Assembly: GCF_009834535.1 (NCBI RefSeq)
Contig: NC_045696.1
Span: 79,920,001 to 79,984,000 of the forward strand
DNA: 64,000 nucleotides
Direction: 5' to 3'
DNA from: Camelus ferus
Taxonomy: Eukaryota
A program made the translations under genes and the position numbers. Position 1 is the stretch's first letter, and every line of letters starts with the position of its first letter. Under the pieces are notes generated by a model. That model searched no databases. It saw only the letters and a list, made by a program, of their open reading frames with translations, and had not been told where the DNA came from. Positions 27,232-40,800 of the stretch are shown one piece after another.

Positions 27232-27451
27232 CAGGGGTCAGCAAACTATAGCCCACAGGTCAAAACCAGCCAATCATCTATTGTTGTAAATCAACTTAAT
27301 TGCACACAGTCATACCATTCATTTAAGTACCATCTATGTCACCTTGGCCAAGTTGAGTTGTTGCCACAAAGACCATACAGCTCACAAAACCTAAAATATT
27401 GACTATTTGACCCTACACACACAAAAAAATTTGCTGTACCTTTGTACCCTG
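27232..27451. mobile_element. MER58-like hAT MITE
   Basis: Termini caggggtcagcaaact ... aatttgctg..ccctg, ~220 bp. Confidence 0.75.
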
Positions 27452-27689
27452 TTTATAGCATTATCCCTCCCAGAAATATCTGCATTTGTATAGTATATAT
27501 ATTTACAAATCCAAGAGATAATAGAATAGTCCAGTTATGAAATTCCGAGGACTAGCAAAAAAGGTGGGAGAGTGGCATTTGTCTACATCTGCACTTGGTA
27601 GACAGCCACCAATTCCACCTCACCCTAAGCTAGTGTTTTGATGCCCACATTCATAGGTGCATGTCACCTGGGCTTTCCCACTTTGCCCT

Positions 27690-28225
27690 TATTGCAGTTA
27701 TCTATTACTGTGTTAAAAACCGTCCCAAGCACAGTGGTTTAGAACAATGCAGTATTGTCTCACAGTTCTATGGGTTGACTCAACTCAGCTAGGCAGTTCT
27801 TGCTCAGGGTCTCTCAAGCAGTTCAGTCAGATGGCTTCTGTGCTTGGGATTGGAGTCACCTGAACGCTAAAATGTACTGGACTCCAAGATGGCTCACTCA
27901 TGTGGTTGACAGTTGATTCTAGTCAGCTGAGACAGTTGACTGGTGTGCCTAAATGTAGCCTCTCCGTGTGAATTAGGCTTTAAACGGCATGACAGCAGAC
28001 TTTCAAGAGAAAGTATCTCAAGAGAAGGGAAGTAAACACCATTAGTCCTCTAAAACACTAGGCCCAGACCAGCATAGCAACTTCCACCATATTCTATCGG
28101 TCAAAGCAGTCACGGGCAGCTCAGAGTCACAGGGTTGGAAAAATAGATCCCACTTCTCCAAGGAGAAGTGATGTGTGCCTTTGTGGAGAGAATGCAGTGA
28201 TAGCATCCATCTTGAAGACAAGCTT
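27690..28225 (-). mobile_element. MLT1 (H-like) MaLR LTR
   Basis: cagttatctattactgtg, tctcacagttctatgggttgact, ccaagatggctcactcatgtggttgacagttg. Confidence 0.65.
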
Positions 28226-29299
28226 TAGCAGAGCTGTGACCCAGGCTGGAAAACATACCTGTAAGCAAGAAGGAGTCAGGAGAACAGGCAAGTCAAGACC
28301 TCCGAGACTGGAACTCTGTGGAGCCACTCCACCCAACCACTGGGTATCCAGAAAGATTCACTGGTGAGCAGCCAGTCTTTCCAAATTAAAAGCCCTGGTA
28401 ATGATCCTAGCTTTCTAAATGGAGGCTCCTGAGAGGTCTTTAGGAAGATGTGAATGGGAAGGAACAGGGTGTCAAATTTTTCCCAAGGGCTTTTAATTTG
28501 GTTAATGTGACTCTACAAAGCATGATCCTATCACTTTCAGACAATTCCGGTAGGAAGTAAGTAATTTCCTTTTACTGCTATAGAGTTAATTTGCGTGTGC
28601 AGAAAAAAAAATAATTAAAAAAAAGCTAATTGTACAAGCTACACTGTGTTCTGAGCCCACTAGAAGTTGATATCAGCATCGCCACCTCTGAGATCTGTTA
28701 TCTGTAATAGAAACAGCTGTTGTACCTAATGAAAACACTTGAAATTTTCATCTGAAGCAGCAGAATTATAGCAGCACCTCCTAGTTCCACGGAGTTAAAG
28801 GGTCTGTCAGAATCCCCATTACCTAACACAATTTTCAGGGCTCCACCTTGTTATAGGTCTATAAAAAGCCTATCAAGATGAAATCTGATTCATGAGTGCT
28901 GACCTCCTGTCTATATTTTGTTATCTCTGAGATTTCTCTAAGAACCCAGAAAGAGAAAGAATGAGACAATTGTGGTTTTTTCCCTAAATCACCAGAACTA
29001 AAAGTACTGTGTATTCTGTACAGAGTTTTAGGAAGGTGGCTCTTGTTTTGCTTTGGCTTTAGAGTATTTCCTCTCCAGTAATTAATTCAATAAAGATATA
29101 CGTATGTTGGTTTAGCTGTGCAAATCCACATATAAGCAGATTATGTCCTCCAAAAGGGTAAAATTTTTTGTGTTGGAAAGTCCCAGGCCACAGCAGGATT
29201 CTTTAAATAAGAGCATCACACTTTTCTTGGCTTTAGTCTGTAACAAAACTTCCTGAGAAAACACACCCTTTTGAACATCCCGCAAGTTCTCTAATCACA

Positions 29300-29910
29300 C
29301 TGCTCATTCATGTATTCAAGTGCCTGGGCAGACACTGTGCTAGACACTGGAGACACAGTCATGAAAAAGCAGCACCTTCATGACATTTGCATTCTGCTAG
29401 AGAAAAGCAGTCAGTAAACTACCTAAAGAAATATGGACTACAAGTAATAAATGCCATAGGTGGAGAAAGCAGGAAAGGAACACAGAAAGTACCAGATGAC
29501 TGCAGGTGCAACAGAACAGTCATGCAGGATTCACTGAACAAAATCTGAAAGAAATGCAAAACTATGCAAATATCTGGTGAGAAGCATTCCAAGTAAATGA
29601 GACAGCAAATGCAAAACCCTGAGATTGGAGAGTGCCTGGCACGTACAAGGGTTTGCAAGGAGGGCAAAGGGACTGGAGTAGAAGGAATAAGAGCAGTAGG
29701 AGATGAAGTGAGAGAGGAGAGGATATAATGCTTGTTCCACAGAAAAATAAAAATGCTCTAAGCTGCTGCGTTGAGAACAGATTTAAGGGGGGCAAGGGCA
29801 GAATCAAGGAGACGACTTAGGAGGTTATTGCAATGATACAGGAGAGTAATGATGGTTGCTTGAACCTTGAACCCAGATATCAGCAAAGGATGTAAGAAGT
29901 GGTGAGATCC
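29300..29910 (-). mobile_element. L2 fragment
   Basis: cattcatgtattcaagtgcc..gacactgtgctagacactggagacacag and a typical L2 body. Confidence 0.6.
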
Positions 29911-29949
29911 TCTTCTATTCATAAGAAGAACAAGGCTTATTTACAGGAA

Positions 29950-30340
29950 GGCTAGTACAGAAAAAGCACCATGAACTGGCAATTCAGAGGCCTGGGTCTG
30001 TCACAAGTTAGCTCAGAAGCCCCTTCTTTTCTCTGGGCCTCCGTTTTTCTCATCTGTTAAATGAAGAAATTGAACTAGAAGATTCAAAATCCCCTCCCAG
30101 CTCTGAATAAATGGATCTTTTGAAAGCCAGACCATCAAAATGAAAGAATAAGAGTTATTGTTTACTGAGCTCTTAATATGGGCCAACACTCCTATTCACT
30201 TTGCATATATCCACTCACTAATCCTCACATAGGGTAAAAAGTATAATTTATTAAACAGAGAAGTGTAGTAGTTATCCTGAAGCCACACAGCCAGTAAGTG
30301 GTGGAACCAGGAACTGATTTGGCCTTAGAGCCTACTCTCT
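29950..30340. mobile_element. Two MIR fragments in opposite orientation
   Basis: ctctgggcctccgtttttctcatctgttaaatg (+); cacacagccagtaagtgtggaaccagga (-). Confidence 0.55.
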
Positions 30341-33300
30341 TTCTTGTGCAACTAGACAAAGTCTGACTGCCCAGCATTGTTTTACATGTGGCTGAGCATT
30401 CAGGAGAGACGCCAAATGGGGAATTACAGTGACCTCCAACCAAAGTGGAATTTGTCCAGCAACTAGCCCAGTTTGTCTATCTTCAATTCTCAAAGTAAAG
30501 TTCTTTCAATCTGAGCCAATCTCTAAGGAATTTTTGGTTTAGTCTACCTTTGTAATCCACCCTTATAGGATCCTCCTCCTCTGTTCCATAGTTTTCCATC
30601 TATAACCAGAAAGAATACAGAGCCTAAATCTGCAAACCATTGACCACGAACTCAGCTCCCACTGATGGTACCTTGGGCAAGACACAACCTTCTGAGAAAT
30701 ACAGTATGTTCACACCTTTACCATCTTCAGAGTCTATGATTTTGTGTTACTTAGCATTGAATCCTAAGGCCCATTAGAGCGCTAGGAGCTAGGCCTGAAG
30801 ACAAATAGGAAAAGGAATCTTCAAAAAAAAAAAAAAGGAGGCTTTAAAAAAAAAATGTGCCAACTGTTAAGTTGGAACATTCTTATTTCTTTTCACCAAA
30901 GACTCAGTTTACAGGAACATTTAAGCAACACTGTCTACAACTCAGAAGACAAACTTACGGGTTCTTCATTTACAAAGTCTAAATTTCACACTGCAGAGAT
31001 CAAAATTTAATCTGGTATGATAAAGTATTGTCTTCTGATATGCCTCTGGATCTCTGGTTTGAGACTAAATAAGGAGAAATGAAGCTTTGTTACTTTAAAG
31101 GTAATGAGTGAAACACTTTAGCATATAATCATGATCCTATGAATTTTCATGAGAAGAAATGCTACCTTAAAATTTCATCAAATATTAAAATATAACACAG
31201 TACATCATAATCCTTAATGAATCCAACTAATGAAGTTTAGGTGGGTATCTTTAAACCATCATATGAATTTATTCAAAATTATTTAGCTTTTTGTGCTCCT
31301 TTTTATCTCGAAATCTTAACTTACAAATCATACTTGTCATCATACAGAAATGACATTCATTGATATACTAATTTGGTCTTTTAAGATAAAAATGAGAATT
31401 GTACATCACTTAGCAACTCTGTTCTGTTCAAGGCTGTTGATGTAGGCAGAGGGGAGGGTATAAATTCGGGGGCCTGGCAGGGGCCATTGGTTGAAGAGGA
31501 GAGGGAAGAGTAAACTGGAACATTTTACTTTCCACATCAACATTCCAACCTGAGTCCTTCCAGGGACTCTGTGGAGAGAGATCACACATGTGGCACTGTC
31601 ATTCACTGGCCAGTCATTTGGGCTGACTAATGGGGCTGGGGCATGCAGTTGTGCCACTCTGAAAGTCCTGCTGTCTTTTCAACGATTCAGCAACTGTACC
31701 ACTCATTTGCAAAGCAATCAGGCTTTTCCTGTGTGTCTTGTTCTTTAAGGAGTCTTCATAGATTTATTGCAATTTGATTGTGAATCTTCTCCGCTTCTGG
31801 TTCTGGACTTCCTCATTAGCATATTCCCAGATTCCTTTACAGTGTGCGCTCCAAGCACCGCTAAGCAGTTCTGTCCACAGCGTAATGCAGATCATGTACA
31901 GAAACCTAAGCGCTCTTGTTGCTGACCGTGCTGAGGAGGGATGGGGGCAAGGCCCAAGGGGCTGAAGAGGCCAGGTGCCTGGGATGAATCATTACAGTTC
32001 CCAGGATGAATAAGTCTGCCAGAAGGTGTCTAAGCCAGCAATTGTAGTGGGGGAGGCTCCACCGAAGCCCTGGCAGAACCTCCTGATTGTGGGCAGAGGC
32101 TGAGCCCCGGGGTAGCCAGACCTGGAGGGAGGACCTCATCCTCAGACGCACAGCAAAGCCATGTTTAGTCCGACATGTGGAGAAAATGGAAAGCCTTGGT
32201 TCCGGCCATCTCCCCCGCCCACAACACAGCACTCCACATAGATGGTGAATTTCAGTCATCACTTAAACCAAACAACATCTTTCTCCTCTGACTGAAAGGA
32301 AAAAGTATATGGGTAATTTGTTAAACATTTTCAACAGGTGCATTTTCTAATCACTGACTTTCTACCTGTATTTGGCCTTTCTTCCAAAACTGGAAATACC
32401 TCTTTTATATACTTTGTTGGCAGAAAGTATTCCAAAACATTGATGATTTGGCCGGAAATTTCTGCAGCAGAAGCATTTCTGTGCAGATTTCAGATCTAGC
32501 ATGGCCCTCATCTAGGGAGCATGAATCCAGGAGCTTTGCCTTTTTAGCCAGGAGCTTATCAAGAGGTAGACAAAGCTAGTGAGCCATTTATTAGGTGCTC
32601 ACGTACCTAATAAAATACCACGATGTCCAACAATTGATCAAAGTATGTTAGTCTGTTTGAAGCTTGCTTTTAAATAACTATCACAATGGAAACAAGCTAC
32701 AGAAAAATTTATTTCTGGTAAATAATTAAGTTAATAATGTGATGGAAAAATTTTAAATATGATGACTACAAATATCATCAATGATGACTATTTATCACTA
32801 AGTATATGCCAAGCCCTTCAAGAAGTTATTGCATTTAATGACTGCAACATCCTAGGAGAAAGACATCATCATCTTTACTTTGAAAGATGAGGAAAAAGAG
32901 CTTTGTAGAATTAACAAGGAAACAACCCCAAGTCTGTAGTGACAACATTTGGTTTTGAATCAGATTTGTTTGGGTCAAAGGCTCTGTTCCTAGTCATTAG
33001 TTAGAATATTTAAGCTAAACCAAATACAGCTACTGAAAGTCAGTGACACAACGAACATTGCCTGACCCAAGCTCAGATCCTATAGGACAACCAACAAGAC
33101 AACCTTTAAGTCTGTTTCTCAGCAGTGAGTGGGACAGGAGCATCAGGGGCTATCGCAGGCATCTGTCCATCTCTAGATCACAGCTCAGAGGCCAGGCTGG
33201 CGACTTACCCAGACTGCTTTGAAGCAGCTTCCTAACCAAATCTGAACCCTGGCACCCACCCTCCCCTGGGTCATGCCCTCTTAATGTCCTTCCTCACCAT

Positions 33301-34555
33301 TCCTCCCTTTACAGATGTACTGTGTATAGCTTGCTTTGATAGCTCACCATCTTCCTTCTTCCTGCAACATCAGAACTTTAAGAAAACAGCTTGGAAGTCA
33401 GGTCATTCCTGTAGTGTATTTATGGTTGCTCTAAGGGTCATTCTCTGGTATATTACCTGAATAAGTGCTCTGAAATGCACCAGGATCTCAATGAAAACAC
33501 AATTTCAGAAACACTTATTACTATAACCCCTCCATGTCTTACATCCCAGCACAGAGACCTTGCGGCTGGGACTGGACAGCATACTGTTACTCCTTCACTT
33601 CCTGGGAGCCCTCCCTGCCTGTCCCACTAGTGAGCGAACACAGGGAGTTGACTACAACATAAATTGGAAATGCTCATCTTACGCCAAACCTATTAGTGTT
33701 TTGATCTCTGTAAAAGACTTTCAAAATGCATCTTTCAGAAGTTCAGTGGAATATTCTCATGCAAGGGAGGGGAGCATATATCTCAATTTCATTTTGAAAT
33801 GAAGAGTGAGTTCGCTGTTCACTCTAAAAGTTACTCCCTTTAAATTACCTAAGTATCTCTTCTGCTTGGCAGCCCAGCATTTTACTGCATGTATTATATA
33901 CATTAAGTTTTGCAATTCTTTATAATTTTGGAGAATAACAAAATAACAGCTTATACCACTTGGTAGCTAAATGAACCATAGGACATCTTCCATTCTGTTT
34001 TGAAAGTGGGATTAATACAGAGTTCGGAGCAGCTGACTTGTAGATCATTTAATCATTTATAGTGTACTCATTATACCTTTCACCTTTTGGAGAAGGGCAA
34101 AAATAAAAGTGCCTTTCCATGCAGCCCCAAAGGAAGGTATGGGTTGTTTGTCATTCTGATTATGACTTTCTTAAAATAGTGCATGTGGAGGAGGGAACAA
34201 GACTGTAATCTAAAACACACACAAATGCCATGAACACCAGCACGCCCATATCTCTTAGCCTCATTGAAACTGTGTGTAAAACGAATGTGCACTCTGCTGA
34301 AATGGCTTTATGCTAGAGAAGAGGTTTTGGAGAAGAACATGAAGTGGCTGGTGAAAAGATGAATACGGACCTACGCTAGAGCTCCTAACCTAGAGACAGC
34401 ATGGAGTTAGGCTTCTTTCTTACTGAATTGAAAGGAATTACCTTCCTGATCTCTTATGGAGAGAAGACCCCCTTCAGCTTCACAGTGATTCACTTCATCA
34501 TATTGATGATTTTTAGACGCAACTGGGAAAACTGATTCAAGAAATAAAAGTACAT

Positions 34556-34677
34556 GAATATATATATATGTTCATATATAACTGAAAAATTGTGCTCTAC
34601 ACTGGAATTTGACACAACATTGTAAAATGATTATAAATCGATAAAAAATGTTTAAAAAATTTAAAAATTAAAAAAAA
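34556..34677 (+). mobile_element. Young, severely 5'-truncated L1 3' end
   Basis: gacacaacattgtaaaatgattataa plus A-rich tail; perfect 17-bp TSD aagaaataaaagtacat at 34539-34555 and 34678-34694. Confidence 0.85.
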
Positions 34678-34700
34678 AAGAAATAAAAGTACATTTTCCC

Positions 34701-34823
34701 GGGGGGAGGGTATAGCTCAGAGGTAGAGCACATGCTTAACATGCACGAGGTCCTGGTTCAATCCCCAGTGCCTCCGTTAAAAAATAAATAAATAACCCTA
34801 ATTACCTCCTTTTGACAAAAATC
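34701..34823 (+). mobile_element. tRNA-derived SINE, camelid Vic-1-like
   Basis: A box tagctcagaggtaga, B box ggttcaatccc, tail ttaaaaaataaataaataaccctaattacctcc; TSD aaaagtacattttccc / aaaagtacatctccc. Confidence 0.85.
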
Positions 34824-34884
34824 AAAAGTACATCTCCCTGAGGAACAGAAGTCAGAAATCATTTATTAAAAGCCATGATACAGG

Positions 34885-37800
34885 GCTTCTACTTCCAGGA
34901 ATCTGGAGAGTCTCAGCAAACAAAATAGAAGACACAAGAAGAACCAAATAGAAATTTTGGAATCGCAAAGTGCAAATAACCAAAATTTAATACTCAATTG
35001 AGGGGCTCAACAGCAGAATGACAGGCAAAGAGGAAAGAATCAGTGAAATGAAGTTAAGACAACAGAAATGATCCAACTGAAACAACAGAAAAATAGACTG
35101 AAAAAAAAAAAAAAGAACAGATCCTCAAGGACCTGTGAGACTATGACAACAGATCTGGCATTCATGTAATCAGAGTCCCAGGATAGGAGAAAATGGGCAG
35201 AAATGAAAAAGTACCCAAAGAAATAACAGCTGAAAACTTCCTTAATTTGGCAAAACACATAAAACTATAGATTTAGGAATCTGAGTGAACCCCAAATAGA
35301 ATAAATTCAAATTCACACCACGATGCAGCACAGTCAGACTTTAAAAACTAAAGACAAAGAAAAATCTTGAAAGCAGCTAAAAAGAGAAATGATTCACTAA
35401 CTATAAGGGAAAAGCAATTTGAATGACAGCGGATTTTTTCATTAAAAATATCGAGGCCAAAAGAAAGTGGCATATTTTTCAAGTACTGACAGAAAAGAAC
35501 TGTCAACACAGAATGCTATTCCCAGTGAAAATATCTTTCAGGAATGCAGGAGAAATCAAGACATTCTTAGATGAAGCAAAACTAAGAATTTGTCATCAGC
35601 CAACTCACCCTAAAAAATGGCTGAAGAAAGTTCTCTAAATAGAAAAGAAACAATAAAAACTCTGAAATATCAAGAAAATTGAAAGAACACAGCAAGCAAA
35701 AATATGAGTGAAAACAGACTGTCTTCATTATGTTTGATGGTAGAAGCAAAAATATTAACATCCTATCATATGATCCTAAATGTATGTGGATCTATGGTTC
35801 TCAGTTCCACATATAAGAAGCTTGAAAATCACCACTCCATTCTAACAACATGTAAAAAGCTGAACAGACTAAAATGATCTATAACTCTCTTGAATCTGTA
35901 AGAGAGTGAAGGACAGAAGACAAACCACTGCTCCCAAGACTAGAGAGATGTGGCTTTCCAAAGCAGAGACTCATGAGTGGAAACTGTCATGGGAACCAAT
36001 CCTGAGGCTGGAAAAGCTGAATTATAATTGACAGACTGCTGGATGCTCTGTGCAGGTAACACTGAGTATTAAAAACTCTAGGGGGACCCAGTCATAGAGG
36101 AAGTCACAATATTATGAGATTTACCTCCGTGAGCTCAACCAGGTTCCCATAATAAATACAGGAGGAAAATCCCCTTGGGCCTCTGGAAGGAGAAGGGTGA
36201 AAAGAATCATTCTGAAATATGTCAGAGCACTCTGTTCTTCTCAGCAAGGCCTGCCCTCAGAAGAAACTAGTTAAACAGAGCCTCACCTATGGAGTATTAT
36301 CAGGGCCTAACTGTCCTGGGGAAGGAAAATACCCAATTCCAGCCCACACTACCCATCCTGTCCCACCTAAGAGGAGACAAAAAAACTGAGGAACACTTGT
36401 GAAGTTCACAGTCCAGAGGCACAGGCTCACTAAAAGACTGAAACCTAATCATATTACTATAGAATTCTTCCCCTCCCCTCACAAATCACCACCACAGTAC
36501 TAAAGGCCTATTTACAGCAGTTCCTTTTACCCAGTACAGCATGTCCGGCTAGCGAGAAAAAATTACAAGGCATACCAAAAAGCAAAAAATACAATTTGAA
36601 GAGACAAAGCAAGCATCCAAACTAGATATGGCAGAGATATTGGAAGTATCAGACTGAGAATTTAACACAACTATGATTAATATGCTAAGGATTCTAATGG
36701 ATAAAGTAAACAGCATGCAAGACAAGATGGACAATAATAATAGTAACAGCATATTCAATTATGTATGCTTATGTATATAATAGCAATAGTATATTCAATT
36801 ACGTATGATTATATATATATCTTATATGTGTACGTGTGTGTGTATATATATACACACACACATATATACAAATGCTTATGTTTGCTTCTAAATAAATAAA
36901 ATGAATGACAGCAATGATATTAGGGATAGGAGAAATTAATTAGGATAATTTTATTATTAAAAGGTACACACACTACCTGTGTAGTGATATAGTGTTGTTT
37001 GAAAGTAGACTTGGACACCTACACATCTACAATCAATCAATCTTCAACAAAGCAGGCAAGAATATACAATAGAGGAAAGATAGCCTCTTCAGCAACTGGT
37101 GTTGGGAAAGCTGGACAGCTGTATGCAAATCAATGAAGTCAGAAAAATCCCTCACACCATACACAAAAATAAATTCAAAATGGCTTAAAGACAAAAACAT
37201 AAGACAAGACAACATAAACCTCCTAGAAGAAAACATAGGCAAAATATTCTCTGGCATGAATCTCAGCAGTGTTCTCCTAGGGCTATCTATTGAGGCAATA
37301 GAAATAAAAGCAAAAATAAATAAGTGGGACCTAATTAAGCTTATAAGTTTATCTAAAAGATGCCCAAGGGAAAGGCCCTGGGAGGGACTGTTGATCACAA
37401 GGACTACTGGCAGAAGTCATATCAGGATTTACATTTGCTTGTGACTCCACAGGTTGTTATCAAAGGCATGTGCTTGCATGAAGAGTTAGTATCAGTTTAA
37501 GGCCCCCTGCAGGGCATTTGGATGCAACAAGATGGATTCTATGACAGAAGTACCATGGAGTAGCTTAACTAAACTCTCAGCGAAAACAAAAATAGAAACA
37601 AAGAACAAAGGCAACAAATAGAAAATGGTAATGAATATGGTAGATATTAATTAAATAATGTCAATAAATACTTTGAATGCCAATCATATAAATGCACCAA
37701 TCAAAAAATCAGATTGTCAGAGTGGATCAAAAAATATGTCCCAACTATATGCTGTCTACAATAAACCCACTTTAAGTATACAAACATATATATATTAAAA

Positions 37801-40800
37801 GTAAATGGATGGAGAAAAATATACCATGCTAGCACTAATCAAAAGAAAGTGGAAGCAGCTATGTTAAATCCAGACAGAGCAGACTTCAAAGTAAGAAACA
37901 TAATATTAGAGATCAAGAAGGGCATTACATAATGATAAAGGTGTCAGTTCTCCAAGAAGACTTTTTTTTTTAATGTGTGTGTACCTAACAATAAAACTTC
38001 AAACTTCATGAGGCCAAAACTGATAGGACTGCAAGGACAAACAGATGAATCCACTATCATAGTTAAGAGACTTCAATACCACTCTATCACAAATGAAAAG
38101 ATCCACCAGGCAGAAAACCAGTAAGGACATAGTTGAACCCAATAACACCATTAATCAACTAGATATAATGGATCTCTACATACTATCTTATTGAACAAAG
38201 CAAAATACACGTATTTCTTAAAACCATGAAAAACACTAATCTGAGCCACATTCTGGGCCATATTCTGAGCCATAAAACATACCCTAACAAATTTAAAATA
38301 ACAGATATCATACAATGTCTGCTCTCAGACTACAATGGAATTAAGCTAGAGATTGATTACAGAAAGATAACTAGAAAATCTTAGAATATGTGCAGATTAA
38401 TAACACACTTCTAAATCACACATGGATCAAAGAAGAAATCTCAAAAATATTACAATATGTTGAACTAACTGAAAATAAAAACACAACTTCTCAAACTTTG
38501 TGGGATGCAGTGAAAGTAGTGCTCAGAGGGAAATTTACAGTATTGACTGCACATATTGGGGAGGAAGAAAGATCTAGAATCAATGATCTAAGTTTCACCT
38601 TAGGAAACTAGAAAAATAGGAGCAAATAAATCCAAAGTAAGCAGAAGGAAAAAAAATGTGTTACAGCAGAAATCAATGAAAGTGAAAATAGAAAATCAAT
38701 AGAGAAAATCAACCAAACCAAAAGATGATTCTTTGAAAAGATCAATAAAATTGAAAGGTTTCTAGCCATCTAACCAAGGGGAAAAAAAGAGGACACAAAT
38801 TACTAACATTAGAAATGAAAGAAAGGACATCACTATAGATCCCATGGAAATTAAAAGGATAATAAAGAAATACTCTGAACAGTTTTATGCCCACAATATG
38901 ATAACCCATCTGAAATGGTCCAATTCCTTGAAAGACACAATCTGCCAAAACTCAGAAAAGAATAAATAGACCTATATTTATTAAAGAAATTGAATCAATA
39001 ATTAATAACTTTAAGACAATTATAAATGAAAGAGGATAAAGAGATACTAAATTTTTCAATTGAACTTAAAACAATGACACCAGTAACCTGAAATATATAT
39101 ACATATAGACATATATATACAGTATATATATAAATATATGTAATATATCCTAGAACAAAATAAACAATACAAAAAGATCCACTAAAAATACTCTAAATAT
39201 ATTAAAATGGAATTATAAAAAATGTTCAAGTACATATAGGAAGGTAAGGGAAAAAAAGAGAGAAGCAAAAACCAAAGGAAAAAAGAAAGCAAAAAAAAAA
39301 AAAAGATAATCTAAGTCCTAACATACCAATAATTATCATAAACATAAATAGTCTAAATACACCAATTTAAAGACAGAGATTGGCACAACATTAATTTAAA
39401 ATTATGATTCAACCATATACTGTCTACAAATTCACTTCAAATATAGTGACATAGGTGGGCTAAAAGTCCAAGGGTGGAAAAAGATATAGCACACAAATAT
39501 TAATATAAGGAAGGCAGTAGTGGTTGTATTAATATCAGACAAAGTGGACTTCAAAGAAAAGAAAGTGACCAGAGGCAGAGAGGACATTACAGAGAGAAAC
39601 ATTATATAATGATAAAAGGATTAGTCTACCAAGAAAACATAGCAATCCTAAATGTGTATGCACCAGACAACAAGGCTGCAAAATACATGAAACAAAAACT
39701 GAAAGGACTAAAAGGAAAAATAGACATTTCCACAATTATAGTTGGCTATTTCACCCTCTATCTTTCAACAATTGATAGAACAACTAAGCAGAAAAATCAG
39801 CAAGGATACAGAACTCAACAACACCATCAACCAATGGGATCTAACCAACATTTACAGAACAATCCATCCCCTAGAAGCAGAATACATATTCTTTTCAAGT
39901 GCCCATAGAACACATACAAAAACAGACCATATCCTGGGCCATAAATAGATCTCAACAAATGTTTAAAAACTGAAATCTTAAATATTTTCAACTGCAATAG
40001 AATCAAACTGGAAATCAATAATAGAAAAATAACAAGGAATTTTCTAAATACTTGAAGAGTCCATGGATCAAAAAAAGAAGTGTAAAGGAAACTGAAAAAA
40101 ACATACATTGAACTGAATGAAAATGAAAATAGAAAATATCAAAATTTGTGGGATACAGATAAAGCAGCAGTGAAAAAGAACTTTATAACACTAAGTGTGT
40201 ACATTATAAAAGAGGAAATAATTGAAGCCCTGACTCAAAAACCTAGGGGAAAAAAGAGCACAATAAACTCAAAACAAGCATACAGAAGGAAATAACAAAG
40301 ATTAGAAATCAATGAAGTAGAAAACAGAAAAATAGAGAAAATAAATGAAACAGCTGATTTTTTGAACAGGTTAATAAAATTTACAAACCTCTAGCAAGAC
40401 TAATGAAGAAAAAAAGAGAGAAGACACAAACCATCTATATTAGGAATAAAACAGGATATCACTATAGACCCTGCAGATGTCAAAATGATAAGGAACTACG
40501 ATGATGAACTCCACACACATAAATTTAACAATGTAGATGAAATGTGTCAATTTCTCAAGAAACACAAAGTACCATAACTCACCCAACATGAAATAATTTG
40601 AATCATTCTGTAACTATTAAAGGAATTTAATTCATAATTTTAAACTCCCCGAAAAGAAGTCTCCAAGCCAATGTGGTTTGACACCAATTCTATACAATCT
40701 CTTTCAAAAAACATTAAGAGGAGGAAGCCCTCTCCAATTCATGTTATGAAGTTGGTATTACCTGATACAAAACAGACAGAAACAGTACCCAAAAAAACCC

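Noticed and set aside
34701..34775. Possible tRNA gene (also 58734-58810)
   Set aside because: Degenerate stems, shared SINE tail and flanking duplication indicate tRNA-derived SINEs
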